The notes under the pieces were generated by a model. It ran no database searches, was not told the origin of the DNA, and worked only from the letters and a program-made list of their open reading frames with translations. DNA of 64,000 bases from Oscillospiraceae bacterium. GTDB taxonomy: Bacteria > Bacillota > Clostridia > Oscillospirales > SIG627. The DNA is taken from positions 104,258 through 168,257 of the forward strand of contig SVQW01000001.1 of the NCBI GenBank assembly GCA_015065085.1, in the 5' to 3' direction. How positions within the stretch are numbered: the first letter of the stretch is position 1; each line of letters begins with the position of its first letter. The translations under genes and the position numbers were made by a program. Shown piece by piece: positions 1 to 9,574 of this stretch.

Positions 1-686
1 AATTGCTTTGTTATATAATCGGAGGAAATTCCTACGTTTTCGGCTATCTCAGAGCTTGTTATATCGTTTTTGAAATTGTCCTCAATAAACTTAAGTGTTT
101 TCAAAATGTATCCGTAATACACAACGCCTTCGGCGTTTTCGAATGCCCTTTCGCGTTGCGAAGATGCATATGCACGCGCAAAGAAAATCAGAAAATCCAA
201 AGTGTGTACGCGCAACATTGTTTTCCATCCGATGGCTGTCTGGATTTGCTCATTCACCATTTTGTTGATCATGTTCATCATTTCATGACGCTGAGGAATG
301 TTGAGCTTTACAACGGGAAAAACATTTGTGTTGCAGGATAAAATGTCTTTCAGAATATCAATTGAGGAGATTTCGTTGATAGCAGGGCCAAAAGCGTTTC
401 TGTCAAATAAAATATTGTAGATTGTCGCTTCGTATGCCATTGTGTAGGAATGTATCTGCCCCGGAACGATGCAAAGAACATCACCGGCTGTGAGAATATG
501 TGTTCTGCCGTTGTGATTGTGAACCATAAACCCCTTTTCTACATAAACAAACTCAAAAAAGTCGTGTGTATGAAAAGATCCTTTGGTCTGGTACACCTTA
601 TTGATACGTATGTTGATTCCGAAGGGGGCGAACAGCTCACTGCCTTCCAGGACGCGGTATTTGACCGTGGATTTATCGTTTTTCAT
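1..686 (-). CDS. AraC family transcriptional regulator (cupin N-domain plus HTH); C-terminus cut by the window edge
   Basis: I translated the minus strand from ATG (complement of 684-686): MKNDKSTVKYRVLEG...HTHDFFEFVYVEKG...GDVLCIVPGQIH, a cupin sensor, then ...DITSSEIAENVGISSDYITKQ, the start of an AraC HTH. There is no stop before position 1. The plus-strand ORFs 3..341 and 450..692 are antisense artefacts. Confidence 0.8.
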   Translation of the reverse strand, partial: MKNDKSTVKYRVLEGSELFAPFGINIRINKVYQTKGSFHTHDFFEFVYVEKGFMVHNHNGRTHILTAGDVLCIVPGQIHSYTMAYEATIYNILFDRNAFGPAINEISSIDILKDILSCNTNVFPVVKLNIPQRHEMMNMINKMVNEQIQTAIGWKTMLRVHTLDFLIFFARAYASSQRERAFENAEGVVYYGYILKTLKFIEDNFKNDITSSEIAENVGISSDYITKQ

Positions 687-713
687 AAATAACAGCAATT
701 CAGCATAAAATTA

Positions 714-1736
714 TTATTTCATGAAGGTACATTCGTCAACCTTGATGGGCTTACCGCCGGCACGCAGTGATTCAATGGCGGAATGTATAACAGTCTGTGC
801 TTTGAGACCGTCCAGACCCGAACCGTTTATGTCGGAAGGCTTCACACCGTTTTTAACTTCTTCGATAAAAGCGAAGATGCGGTTTCTGAATGTGTCGCCG
901 AAGTCACGGTGATGGTCGCCGAAAACCGGATTGGTGAATACTTCCTTAACGGGATTTCCGGCAGGATAAAGGGTAGCTTCGCGCCACATATCTTCGAAAA
1001 TCAAACGTCCGTTTATACCTGCGACTTCGCAACGCTCCATCGGGTGTCCGCGTGTTATGTCGTATGAGCTTGTAAGATGGCCTACGGCACCGCACTTAAA
1101 CTTCATGTTGATGGAAGCGGTGGAGTAGATGAAACGTCCGGATGACTTCATTGCAAAGCAGGATACCTCATCAACATCACCCATAAAATGACGCATAATA
1201 TCAACGCTGTGCGGATTGAGAGCCTTGAGATGATAATACTCAGTATCAAGGTTGGTATCCGGTTTACCTATCCACAGAGCCATGTTGCAGAATAAAAGCT
1301 CGCCGATTTTCCCCTCGTTCTGCCAGCGCTTTGCATGGTAAGCAGCCTGAGTGAAGCGATGGTTCATATCAATGGCAAAGCATCTGTCAAGCTTCTTAGC
1401 GGTTTCAACCATTTTTCTTGCGTTGTTAAGGTCGTTGGAAATGGGCTTTTCGCACAGGACGTGGCATCCCGCTTCAAGTGCCTGTATGGTGGGTGCAAAA
1501 TGGTCGGAGCTGTATTCAGAACCGCCGGTAGACACACTGCACATATCAGGCTTTAATTCTTTGAGCATTGTTGCTGCATCCAGATAATAAGGTACATCAA
1601 ACTTCTTTCCCGCGGCTTCTGCACGATCCTGACGGAGGTCGCACACACCCACAAGCTCTGTATTGGGGTTTTCGTAATAAGCCGATGCGTGGATATTTCC
1701 TATGTGGCCCATGCCGATGACACATACACGTAACAT
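714..1736 (-). CDS. Gfo/Idh/MocA family NAD(P)-dependent oxidoreductase
   Basis: N-terminal Rossmann motif MLRVCVIGMGHIGNIHA and the EKP motif (VLCEKPI). I trimmed the start to the internal ATG at 1736, which follows AGAGG. The tracked ORF start at 1799 adds 21 non-homologous residues. Confidence 0.85.
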   Translation of the reverse strand: MLRVCVIGMGHIGNIHASAYYENPNTELVGVCDLRQDRAEAAGKKFDVPYYLDAATMLKELKPDMCSVSTGGSEYSSDHFAPTIQALEAGCHVLCEKPISNDLNNARKMVETAKKLDRCFAIDMNHRFTQAAYHAKRWQNEGKIGELLFCNMALWIGKPDTNLDTEYYHLKALNPHSVDIMRHFMGDVDEVSCFAMKSSGRFIYSTASINMKFKCGAVGHLTSSYDITRGHPMERCEVAGINGRLIFEDMWREATLYPAGNPVKEVFTNPVFGDHHRDFGDTFRNRIFAFIEEVKNGVKPSDINGSGLDGLKAQTVIHSAIESLRAGGKPIKVDECTFMK

Positions 1737-1808
1737 AATAACTAACCTCTCGCTGCAATGAGCACCGTTGAAGCGGCGATCCGCTTCAACGATGTTCATG
1801 AAATTTTA

Positions 1809-3233
1809 TCAGTCTTTTACACCCATATTGTTAAGGGTTTCGGTAAGCTTTTTAGCTGCTTCGGGATCACCGATGTGCATGGAGTTGTAAGCTTCTTCAC
1901 TGCTGATGAAGCCTCTGTCCAGACCGTCAACACCGTGCCAGGTAACATTTGTGTAAATCGGGTCTATGTTGCCTGTTTCCTTTTCGCGCTTTGCAATGTG
2001 GTTTTCCATGCGCTTGGTGAGACATTCAACAACTTCGGGGTACTTGTCCGCAACGTTGTCGTATTCCTCGGGGTCGGAAATGAGGTTGTAAAGCTCTACT
2101 GCGGGCTTGAAGTGGAAATCGGGCTCAAGTGCACGGATAAGCTTCCACTCAGGGGTACGCCAGCCGTGCTTTCTCATCCAGGTAGCTTCGGTGATGTACA
2201 TTTCGCTTTCCTGAACGAATTCCTCACCGCGGTAGAGGTTCATAAGGTTGCGACCGTCAAAGGAAACATCAGTATTGATGTCGAGAATATCAAGAATTGT
2301 GGGCACGATATCCTTAGGCTGAACGAAATCCACAAATCTCTTTGCATTCAGTCTTTCGCCGTTAGCCAGCTTTCCTTTGTAACGGAACGCAAGAGGTACG
2401 GTGAGAGTGCAATCGTAAAGACCGTGATGGTCAAAATAGCAGTCGTGATCGTACAGGGTTTCACCGTGGTCGGAGGTGAATACCACCAGAGTATCTTCTT
2501 CCAGTCCAAGGCTGTCAAGACGGTCGAGAATCTGCTGGATGCAAGCGTCCATGTAAGCAACTGCGCCGTCGTACTGGGCAACTATGTACTCGGCATCGGT
2601 ACATCCTTCGGGGAACCAGGTCAGGAAGTAATCTCTGAAGGGCTTGAATTCGTACACCGGAACGAGTGTTTTGACCTCAGGGTCCTTTTCGTCTTTGGTG
2701 TAGAATACTCTGTCAAAAGGCATGGGAGGAAGATAAGGACTGTGAGGATCCATGTGACGCAGGAACAGGAACCAGGGCTTATCTTCGCTTGCAAGTCTTT
2801 CAAGCTCGGGTATGGCAACCCTGTTGCAGGCTTCGGCTTTGTGAGCTCTGCCGTCGTCCTGGTCAGGACCCCAGCCGGGGAATGCAAGATACTTGTCAAA
2901 ACCGCGTGCGGCAACGTGACCGGTAAAACCGATACAAGTAGTGTTATATCCGTTTTCTTTGAGAATCTCTGCAAGAGTCACACATCCGTCTGCATAGTCA
3001 CCTTTGTGACGCAGAGCAACGATACCTGTTGAGAAAAGATCCTTACCGGTGAGCATTGAAGCATATCCGGGGGAAGTGGGAATAGAAGGGCTGTAACAGT
3101 TATCGAAAACGATGCCGTCTTTCAGATATTTATCCATGTGGGGGGTAGTAAGTCTGTCATAGCCGTAAAGACTCATATGGTTTGCACGCATACTGTCGAT
3201 ACCGAAGAACAGAACATTTGGTTTTTTATTCAT
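1809..3233 (-). CDS. Sulfatase-family (alkaline-phosphatase superfamily) hydrolase lacking the Cys/Ser-x-P-x-R formylglycine motif
   Basis: PNVLFFGIDSMR metal-ligand start and ...SPSIPTSPGYASMLTG at the nucleophile position, plus downstream sulfatase-like blocks (FTSDHGE). RBS AAAGGAGATAAC lies upstream. Confidence 0.8.
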   Translation of the reverse strand: MNKKPNVLFFGIDSMRANHMSLYGYDRLTTPHMDKYLKDGIVFDNCYSPSIPTSPGYASMLTGKDLFSTGIVALRHKGDYADGCVTLAEILKENGYNTTCIGFTGHVAARGFDKYLAFPGWGPDQDDGRAHKAEACNRVAIPELERLASEDKPWFLFLRHMDPHSPYLPPMPFDRVFYTKDEKDPEVKTLVPVYEFKPFRDYFLTWFPEGCTDAEYIVAQYDGAVAYMDACIQQILDRLDSLGLEEDTLVVFTSDHGETLYDHDCYFDHHGLYDCTLTVPLAFRYKGKLANGERLNAKRFVDFVQPKDIVPTILDILDINTDVSFDGRNLMNLYRGEEFVQESEMYITEATWMRKHGWRTPEWKLIRALEPDFHFKPAVELYNLISDPEEYDNVADKYPEVVECLTKRMENHIAKREKETGNIDPIYTNVTWHGVDGLDRGFISSEEAYNSMHIGDPEAAKKLTETLNNMGVKD

Positions 3234-3258
3234 GTTGTTATCTCCTTTTTATCAGGGC

Positions 3259-4056
3259 TTATCTTGCGCCCAGTGCTTTGAGAAGTGAATTCATGTATCC
3301 GTAGCTTTCAGCTGCTATTGCCATGGCATTAATGGGATCCTGCTCGGGACCTATTACTTCGAGACATACAGGGCCGTCGTAGTTAACATCCACCATAGCC
3401 TTGAAATAACCTTTAAGGTCAATTTCGCCTCTGCCGCAAGCCTGGTTCATAGGTTCTCCGGGAGAAGGTCCGGGGCCTACGCAGTCACGAATGTGTACGT
3501 GCTTAACTCTGGAAATAACCTGAGGAAGAGCTTCGGCAGGGTTTTCACCGGCGCGGTGGATGTGGCTGGGGTCCATATCAACACCAAAGGCGTCGCAGGT
3601 GACACCCTCCATCATACGCAGAGTGGTGGGAGTGTTGTAAATAGCAGAGTTAACGTGAGCTTTGCAGCACAGTGTTACGCCGTATTCCTTTGCCTTTTGA
3701 GCAAGTACGTTTGTAACTTCGATGGATTCCAGAACAGACTGCTCGTCATCCATTATACCGCCGGGACCGATGTTAAGAATCGGAATACCTATTTCATTTG
3801 CAGCCTGGCAGGCTTTAATTATTCTGTTAATGTCGCGGGAAGCAACTTCTGAGGAAAGGATTTCAAGACCGTTTCTCTTGACACAGTCCTTGATATACTG
3901 AGCCTGCTCCTTCCAGTTGTTGAGATCAAGATGTGGATTCATGCCTTCAATGGCACAAATTTCGACGCCGTCATAGCCGGCTCTTTTTATGTAGCGGCAA
4001 GCATCGGAGAAAGCAACTGTCTTAAACAGTACGGAATTTACGCCGAGTTTAATCAT
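3259..4056 (-). CDS. Sugar phosphate isomerase/epimerase (xylose-isomerase-like TIM barrel)
   Basis: 265 aa with GYDGVEI...HVHIRD...ICLE-type blocks typical of the AP-endonuclease-2/xylose-isomerase-like TIM family. It is co-oriented and tightly spaced with the sulfatase-like gene. Confidence 0.8.
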   Translation of the reverse strand: MIKLGVNSVLFKTVAFSDACRYIKRAGYDGVEICAIEGMNPHLDLNNWKEQAQYIKDCVKRNGLEILSSEVASRDINRIIKACQAANEIGIPILNIGPGGIMDDEQSVLESIEVTNVLAQKAKEYGVTLCCKAHVNSAIYNTPTTLRMMEGVTCDAFGVDMDPSHIHRAGENPAEALPQVISRVKHVHIRDCVGPGPSPGEPMNQACGRGEIDLKGYFKAMVDVNYDGPVCLEVIGPEQDPINAMAIAAESYGYMNSLLKALGAR

Positions 4057-4257
4057 ATTCTTTCCTTTCCGGCATAATGCCTGAAAATTTTTGTCAACTC
4101 AATTATATAACAAAAAATAAATTATATCAACCCTTTTTTCAAAATTTGTAATATAAAAAACGAAAAAAAACAAAAGCCGAAAAAATTTTTGCAATTAAGG
4201 TTATTGCAAAAAATATTACACTGTGTTATAATGGTGCAAATTGCACAAGGAGCTTGT

Positions 4258-4905
4258 ATGAAAACAATCAATATAACCAATGGCGAATGGTTCAATAAAT
4301 ATTTTGAAAAGACATACAATCAACACGGAATACCATTTAACGAAGCAATGATGTCGGGTGTGGCTCCCGAACCGATATATGATGATGACTTTATCAGAAT
4401 ACGTGCGGCTGAAAACAATGTTACCGTGTCGGAATACGAAGAGAAAATGGCACTTTTCGGGGATTTTATAAGGAATACGTCACAGTACGAAAAGGTTGTT
4501 TTGTGGTTTGGAGCTGACTGCTTTTGCCGGATGAACATGATAACCGTGCTTGCGCTGATGGAAAACGCAGGGTGTAAAGCCAAGGTTTATTCGGCGGTGA
4601 CAGATGACGAAAGCTTTGAAATAAAACAACAGCCTCAGCCCGTATATCTTGGCACATGGCGCGAGATTTACCGAAACGTTCTGCAAATGAAACGACGTAT
4701 ATATTTCGGTGATGCAATACTGGACAATGCTGTTGAAATGTACCTTGATTACCTTGCTCCCGATGGAAGATTTGCGCGTTATATAAAGGAAAATCCCTAT
4801 AAAAGCGATGAAGAATTGCTTGTTGATATAATTAATATGAGTGCCGATTACGGACTCAGCGACATACAGATAAAAGCGCTTATAAAAAAGTACAGAGAGC
4901 AGTGA
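4258..4905 (+). CDS. Hypothetical protein, possibly DUF1835-like
   Basis: ATG at 4258 is preceded by CAAGGAG. VVLWFGADCFCRMNMITVLAL resembles the DUF1835 core. The call is from memory of the motif only. Confidence 0.45.
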   Translation: MKTINITNGEWFNKYFEKTYNQHGIPFNEAMMSGVAPEPIYDDDFIRIRAAENNVTVSEYEEKMALFGDFIRNTSQYEKVVLWFGADCFCRMNMITVLALMENAGCKAKVYSAVTDDESFEIKQQPQPVYLGTWREIYRNVLQMKRRIYFGDAILDNAVEMYLDYLAPDGRFARYIKENPYKSDEELLVDIINMSADYGLSDIQIKALIKKYREQ

Positions 4906-4928
4906 ATTTCACTGCTCTCTGTGTTTTT
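4893..4928 (+). terminator. Rho-independent terminator
   Basis: CAGAGAGCAGTGA-att-TCACTGCTCTCTG followed by TGTTTTT. It overlaps the stop codon at 4903-4905. Confidence 0.8.
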
Positions 4929-4936
4929 ATCGTTGT

Positions 4937-5584
4937 TCAATACTGAAGAAACTGTTTTACGGTGGCTTCAACATCCTTCGCTTTGAAAACGGAAGAACCC
5001 GCAACAATAACATTTGCACCGCACTCGGTTACAAGACCTAAGTTGTCCAGTGTAATACCGCCGTCAACTTCTATATCAAGCTCCGGATTGTGAACCTGCG
5101 CCATTTGTTTAACAGCCTTGATGCTTTCTATTGTTTCCGGAATGAAGCCCTGACCGCCGAATCCCGGCTCGACAGTCATGACAAGTACCATTTCAACATG
5201 CTTTATAAGGGATTCGAGAACAAAAGCGGGGGTCTTGGGTTTAATTGATATAGCCGCTTTTTTACCGCATGCATGTATTTTGTCAATAACCTCCATGTGA
5301 TTTTCACAGCTTTCGTAATGGAAGGTTATGATGTCGGAACCTATTTTTGCAAATGTTTCAATATAGCGAACGGGGTCGGTTATCATAAGATGGGTATCAA
5401 AAACCATTTTGGAAATAGGACGTAAGGACTGGATAACCGGAACACCGAAAGAAATATTGGGTACAAGCAATCCGTCCATAACGTCAAGATGGATGTACTG
5501 AGAGCCTGCGTCTTCAACTTTTTTTATTTCTTCGCCAAGTTTTGAAAAATCGCACGCCAGAATTGACGGAGAAAGTTTAATCAT
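4937..5584 (-). CDS. rpe: Ribulose-phosphate 3-epimerase
   Basis: MIKLSPSILACDFSKLGEEIKKVEDAGSQYIHLDVMDG... matches the canonical Rpe N-terminus over its full length. Confidence 0.95.
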   Translation of the reverse strand: MIKLSPSILACDFSKLGEEIKKVEDAGSQYIHLDVMDGLLVPNISFGVPVIQSLRPISKMVFDTHLMITDPVRYIETFAKIGSDIITFHYESCENHMEVIDKIHACGKKAAISIKPKTPAFVLESLIKHVEMVLVMTVEPGFGGQGFIPETIESIKAVKQMAQVHNPELDIEVDGGITLDNLGLVTECGANVIVAGSSVFKAKDVEATVKQFLQY

Positions 5585-5732
5585 ACAAAAAACCTGCCTT
5601 TTTTAGAATTTGAGCTCAGTAGCATTAATTTTACGTTGCCATAAAATATACTAAAGCCCGCGGCTTTGGACGGGAATCGGAACGAAAAAACAAAGGAATA
5701 CAAAAAATTATTCCCGCCAAACCGCTATATTA

Positions 5733-5784
5733 TATACCAAACGCAAAGCATTGTCAAGAGTTTGACAGTGCTTTGCCATTTTTT
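5733..5784 (+). terminator. Orphan terminator-like hairpin with T-tract upstream of spoIIGA
   Basis: 15-bp arms GCAAAGCATTGTCAA / TTGACAGTGCTTTGC (one G-U pair), a 4-nt loop, then CATTTTTTGTTATTTTTG. No plus-strand gene ends here. Confidence 0.5.
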
Positions 5785-5878
5785 GTTATTTTTGCCGACC
5801 TTAAACGACATGTTTTTTATGGCATTTGGGCTATACTGTTGCTGGAAATTATATATTTTATACGTTGAAGGTTTGTAT

Positions 5879-6598
5879 ATGATATTGTATGCCGATGTTT
5901 ACATATTAATCAATGTTTTTTGCAACTGGCTTGCGTTTTTTACTTGCGGTAAAATGCTTTCACTGAAAATCAGACCTGTCAGGCTGATTATTGGTGTTGT
6001 GATACTCAGTATGTATGGTTTTATAAGCATATTCTTACGTGTTAATGCTGTGACGGCAGTTTTTTTTCATATGGCTGCTCTGTGTGCGGGATGTATTGCG
6101 GTATACGGATTACCGAGTGCTGTACAGCTTTTCAAGACAATTATTGTGTTTTTTGTAAGCTGTGTTTTTATCGGAGGTGTTGCGGGATGGCTGTATGGTC
6201 TTGCAGGCGGAAAAATGATTATAGCTTTGCTCCTTACCCCCGTTATATACGGTATATGGCTGCTTGTTTTTGAAAAAACCATGACGGATGTACACAAAAA
6301 ATCTGTAAGTGTGGAAATCGACGGAGTACGGCTGAAAGGTCTTGCGGACAGCGGAAATCTGTTGATCGACCCTCGAAGCGGTTTACCCGTCATTGTAATT
6401 TCACCGACCGCCGGTTTTTCATTTGCAGATAAAGAATGCTTTGAAACAGAGGTATCGACCGCAGCGGGAAATGATATTCTCATGTGCTTTAAACCTTGCA
6501 GCGTCACTGTCGGTAAAAGGGAGGTTTGTGCCGTAGCCGCGGTTTCTGCAAATAATTTCGAGGAATATGACTGTATTGTTCCTGTCAAACTGATATAA
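5879..6598 (+). CDS. spoIIGA: Sigma-E processing peptidase SpoIIGA
   Basis: Membrane N-domain [21 protein letters not shown] and the aspartic-protease signature [20 protein letters not shown]. It lies immediately upstream of sigE. The start is set at ATG 5879; the tracked ORF from 5666 is an upstream extension. Confidence 0.85.
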   Translation: MILYADVYILINVFCNWLAFFTCGKMLSLKIRPVRLIIGVVILSMYGFISIFLRVNAVTAVFFHMAALCAGCIAVYGLPSAVQLFKTIIVFFVSCVFIGGVAGWLYGLAGGKMIIALLLTPVIYGIWLLVFEKTMTDVHKKSVSVEIDGVRLKGLADSGNLLIDPRSGLPVIVISPTAGFSFADKECFETEVSTAAGNDILMCFKPCSVTVGKREVCAVAAVSANNFEEYDCIVPVKLI

Positions 6599-6611
6599 TG
6601 GGGGAAAAGAA

Positions 6612-7322
6612 ATGAATGATATAATCGATAAATTAAGATTGAAACTGTACAGGATGTTTTTACGTCCGATGCACGGAGTGTATTACATAAACGGTGCTCA
6701 GACTCTTCCGCCGCCGCTTGAAGCCGAGCGTGAATCTGAATTGCTGGAAAAAATAAAAGTGCAGGGAGACGACATCAAAAGCCGTAACATACTGATTGAA
6801 CATAATTTGCGTCTGGTGGTGTATATAGCTAAAAAATTCGAAAATACGGGTATTGGCATCGAGGACCTTGTTTCCATAGGTACAATAGGGCTGGTAAAAG
6901 CTATAAATACTTTTCGGAATGATAAAAATATAAAGCTTGCAACCTATGCCTCACGTTGCGTTGAAAACGAAATACTTATGTATCTGAGAAAAATAAATCC
7001 GCAGAAAAACGAAATATCAATAGACGAACCGCTTAATGTAGACTGGGACGGCAACGAATTGCTTTTGGGAGATATTCTGAGCAGCGAGGAAGATATGGTT
7101 TACAGAGATATTGAGCGCAAGGAGGAGCACGGCATAATAATGAAAGCGGTTGAAACACTGTGTGAAAGAGACAAACGTATTGTATATATGCGTTTTGGAC
7201 TGTGCGGAGAAAAGGAAAAAACCCAAAAGGAAGTAGCTGATCTTTTAGGAATTTCGCAAAGCTATATATCCCGAATTGAAAAGAAAATAATAAACACATT
7301 GAAAAAGGTACTGAGCCAATAA
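6612..7322 (+). CDS. sigE: Sporulation sigma factor SigE (pro-sigma-E)
   Basis: The pro-sequence is followed by [13 protein letters not shown]...[14 protein letters not shown]...[17 protein letters not shown] and a region 4 HTH ([21 protein letters not shown]). Confidence 0.9.
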   Translation: MNDIIDKLRLKLYRMFLRPMHGVYYINGAQTLPPPLEAERESELLEKIKVQGDDIKSRNILIEHNLRLVVYIAKKFENTGIGIEDLVSIGTIGLVKAINTFRNDKNIKLATYASRCVENEILMYLRKINPQKNEISIDEPLNVDWDGNELLLGDILSSEEDMVYRDIERKEEHGIIMKAVETLCERDKRIVYMRFGLCGEKEKTQKEVADLLGISQSYISRIEKKIINTLKKVLSQ

Positions 7323-7352
7323 ATACATATTAGTACCAAAAGGGGAGAAGCG

Positions 7353-7955
7353 ATGGAAATGAATATACAAAAAAACAGCGGTAATAAGTTATTGCTGTTG
7401 CCCGACGGACAGAATCCTCTTGTACATGTAAATATAAAATACCCGCTCTCGGGAGACGAAAAGATAGATAAATACATTGTAAATATTGTATCCGGTCTTG
7501 AAAAATTTGCGCGTAAAAAACTGGTTAAGCGGGCAAAAAAGTTTTATGGGAATTTACAGTCTGCACAGCCGTTTTCATTGGTTGCCACGTTCAGGGTTAC
7601 ACTCGACAACGAAAAGCTTTTTTGCTTTTATCTGGATGCTTTTGTATGGCAGGGCAGTGGACGAAGTGTCGTAAAGAGAATACCGCTTAATTTCGACCGC
7701 ACGGTATCCTCACTTATTTTTCCGTTGGAAAAAAGAAAAAGACGGGAGCTTACGGGTAATCTCCGAGTTGCGCTTTCCACTATGGTTTATGACAAAGCAT
7801 ATTACTCTGATTGTCATAAGCGTGCACTGAGGTATTTAAGGAAAAATAACGCGGTTATTTCACGGGATGGCATATATCTGACATATAACAGCGGCATACT
7901 GGCGCCTCACGACAGGGGAGCCGTCAGCATTTTGCTTTTTCCGCTCCGTAATTAA
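7353..7955 (+). CDS. Hypothetical protein occupying the position usually held by sigG
   Basis: 200 aa. RBS GGGGAG lies 5 nt before the ATG. I recognise no motif with confidence. Confidence 0.5.
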   Translation: MEMNIQKNSGNKLLLLPDGQNPLVHVNIKYPLSGDEKIDKYIVNIVSGLEKFARKKLVKRAKKFYGNLQSAQPFSLVATFRVTLDNEKLFCFYLDAFVWQGSGRSVVKRIPLNFDRTVSSLIFPLEKRKRRELTGNLRVALSTMVYDKAYYSDCHKRALRYLRKNNAVISRDGIYLTYNSGILAPHDRGAVSILLFPLRN

Positions 7956-8158
7956 TACGGAATTTTATAGTTTTTTCCGTTGACAATCAATTTGCGAAGT
8001 ACGTATATAAATGAATGATTAAATATAGAAAAACGTTTTGTTTTTTTATATAAAAGTCTTTACATTTTTTGTTTTGTGTGTTATAATGCGGTAGTAAGCA
8101 GTGTTTTGCAACACGAGAATAACCGCAAAAGCGGAAAAAGAAAAAGAGGTGCACCAAT

Positions 8159-9379
8159 ATGTTCCCCTTGAAAGACAAAAGAATACGTATCGGCGGTTGG
8201 TGGTCTACCGACCCAAAGCTTATTTCCGATGAGTATGTGAAAGCTATCGCTGAAAATGGATGTGATTTTATAATGACATCTCAATTGAGCGATACCGCAA
8301 AAATCAAAGAATTGCTTTCCTATTGCGATAAATACGGAGTTGAGTGTATAGTTTACGACCAAAGGCTTTATGACCGCGAAGACGTGGATGTTGCTTCCAT
8401 CACCAAGGAATACAGCGGCTATAAGAGCTACGTGGGTAATATGGTCAAGGACGAACCCGGTACGGATGAATTTCCCCATTTGCGCAGAGTTTACGATAAG
8501 TTCAGAGCAGAGACTCCCGGTAAGGATGCTTACATAAATCTCCTTCCGATGTATGCCAATGCAGCTCAGCTTAAATACGGCGCAGGTGCCGCGGCAATAA
8601 AGTACTATGATAAGGACCCGGATCTTTACAAAAAACACCTTGAGGATTACTGCGAAGCTTTTGATACTCCCTACCTCTGCGTTGATGTGTATCCCTGCCG
8701 TAATGCTCCGGATGGCGTTACACGTACTATTTATAACGGTTATCTTGAGAATGTAAGTCTCATGGCGGAAACCTGCCGTAAGTATAACCGTGAAATGTGG
8801 ATAATGGTTCAGTCGCTTGTTTGGTATGCAAATGCTACACCGCCGGACGAAATCGACCTCAGATGGCAGTTCTACACAGTTCTTGCATTTGGTGCAAAGG
8901 CTATATTCCACTATTGTCTGGCAACTCCTCCCGGACACACTCCCGGTCTTCTTACCTCCGAGGGAACCAAGTCCGATCTTTATTATCCCGCTCAGCGTTG
9001 CCATCGTTTTCTGCATGCTATCGAGGATGTATACTATCAGTACAATCCTGTCGGTGCGTTTAACGTTAACTGCACAGACGAGTATGAGTACCTTAAGTTC
9101 AGTGCGCAGTATAAGAATTTTGCCCCTATCAAAGAAGTTGTTTCCGACGATCAGCTTCTTGTGGGATGCTTTGAAAAGCAGGACAACAAAGGTTATGCCT
9201 TCACGATAGTAAATATGACACAGATAAGCGAACGTAAGACAGCTCGCGCAAAGCTTAAAATAGAGGGCAAGAAGGTGACCGTTTACGCGGATACTATGTC
9301 ATATACCATTGCTCCTGTTGATGGATACTATGAATTTGATTTGCCTTGCGGAGAGGGCGCGTTTGTAACAGTAGAATAG
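8159..9379 (+). CDS. Uncharacterised 406-aa protein, paralogue A (possibly a glycoside-hydrolase-like TIM barrel)
   Basis: RBS AGAGGTG upstream. The protein is collinear with the 9575..10786 product along its whole length (KRIRIGGWWSTDP...NLLPMYANAAQLKYGAGAAAI...YTIAPVDGYYEFD). Confidence 0.7.
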   Translation: MFPLKDKRIRIGGWWSTDPKLISDEYVKAIAENGCDFIMTSQLSDTAKIKELLSYCDKYGVECIVYDQRLYDREDVDVASITKEYSGYKSYVGNMVKDEPGTDEFPHLRRVYDKFRAETPGKDAYINLLPMYANAAQLKYGAGAAAIKYYDKDPDLYKKHLEDYCEAFDTPYLCVDVYPCRNAPDGVTRTIYNGYLENVSLMAETCRKYNREMWIMVQSLVWYANATPPDEIDLRWQFYTVLAFGAKAIFHYCLATPPGHTPGLLTSEGTKSDLYYPAQRCHRFLHAIEDVYYQYNPVGAFNVNCTDEYEYLKFSAQYKNFAPIKEVVSDDQLLVGCFEKQDNKGYAFTIVNMTQISERKTARAKLKIEGKKVTVYADTMSYTIAPVDGYYEFDLPCGEGAFVTVE

Positions 9380-9390
9380 TTTGAATTATA

Positions 9391-9452
9391 ACGAGCCGAG
9401 CCTCGGCGTTCGGCTCGTTTTGTGAATTGCAGATGCAATTCACATCTTTTTG
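9391..9452 (+). terminator. Two tandem hairpin terminators after paralogue A
   Basis: ACGAGCCGA...TCGGCTCGTTTTG, then GTGAATTGCA-ga-TGCAATTCAC followed by ATCTTTTTG. Confidence 0.75.
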
Positions 9453-9574
9453 AGCATTTGAGGAAACGTTTTCCTTATTTTTGCCGTATTTTCATTCAAA
9501 TTGTTTTGGATGTATTTACTTTTTATAATTAATATGCTACAATGTGGCTACAAAAAATGTAAAGGATGTGCTTT

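Noticed and set aside
3-692. Plus-strand ORFs 3..341 and 450..692.
   Set aside because: The minus strand of the same interval gives one continuous frame with clear AraC cupin and HTH motifs. The plus-strand ORFs are its shadows.
1758-3032. A 424-aa plus-strand ORF.
   Set aside because: It is exactly antisense to the well-supported sulfatase-family gene. It has low-complexity V/F/G-rich composition, no RBS and no recognisable motif. The same reasoning applies to 8081..9016(-), 24546..25904(-), 36794..37888(+), 38295..39014(+), 39011..40189(+), 51844..52608(-), 54474..55406(-), 30138..30968(+) and 48006..48695(-).
4188-4246. The inverted repeats TTGCAAT-n7-ATTGCAA and GTGCAA-a-TTGCAC around the promoter of the 4258..4905 gene.
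   Set aside because: They are short, lie in an AT-rich intergenic region and overlap the -35 element. A role as an operator is plausible, but the support is too weak to call.
5666-5878. A 71-codon N-terminal extension of spoIIGA in the ORF track.
   Set aside because: The extension runs through a terminator hairpin and has no similarity to SpoIIGA. The conserved N-terminus ([12 protein letters not shown]) starts at ATG 5879.
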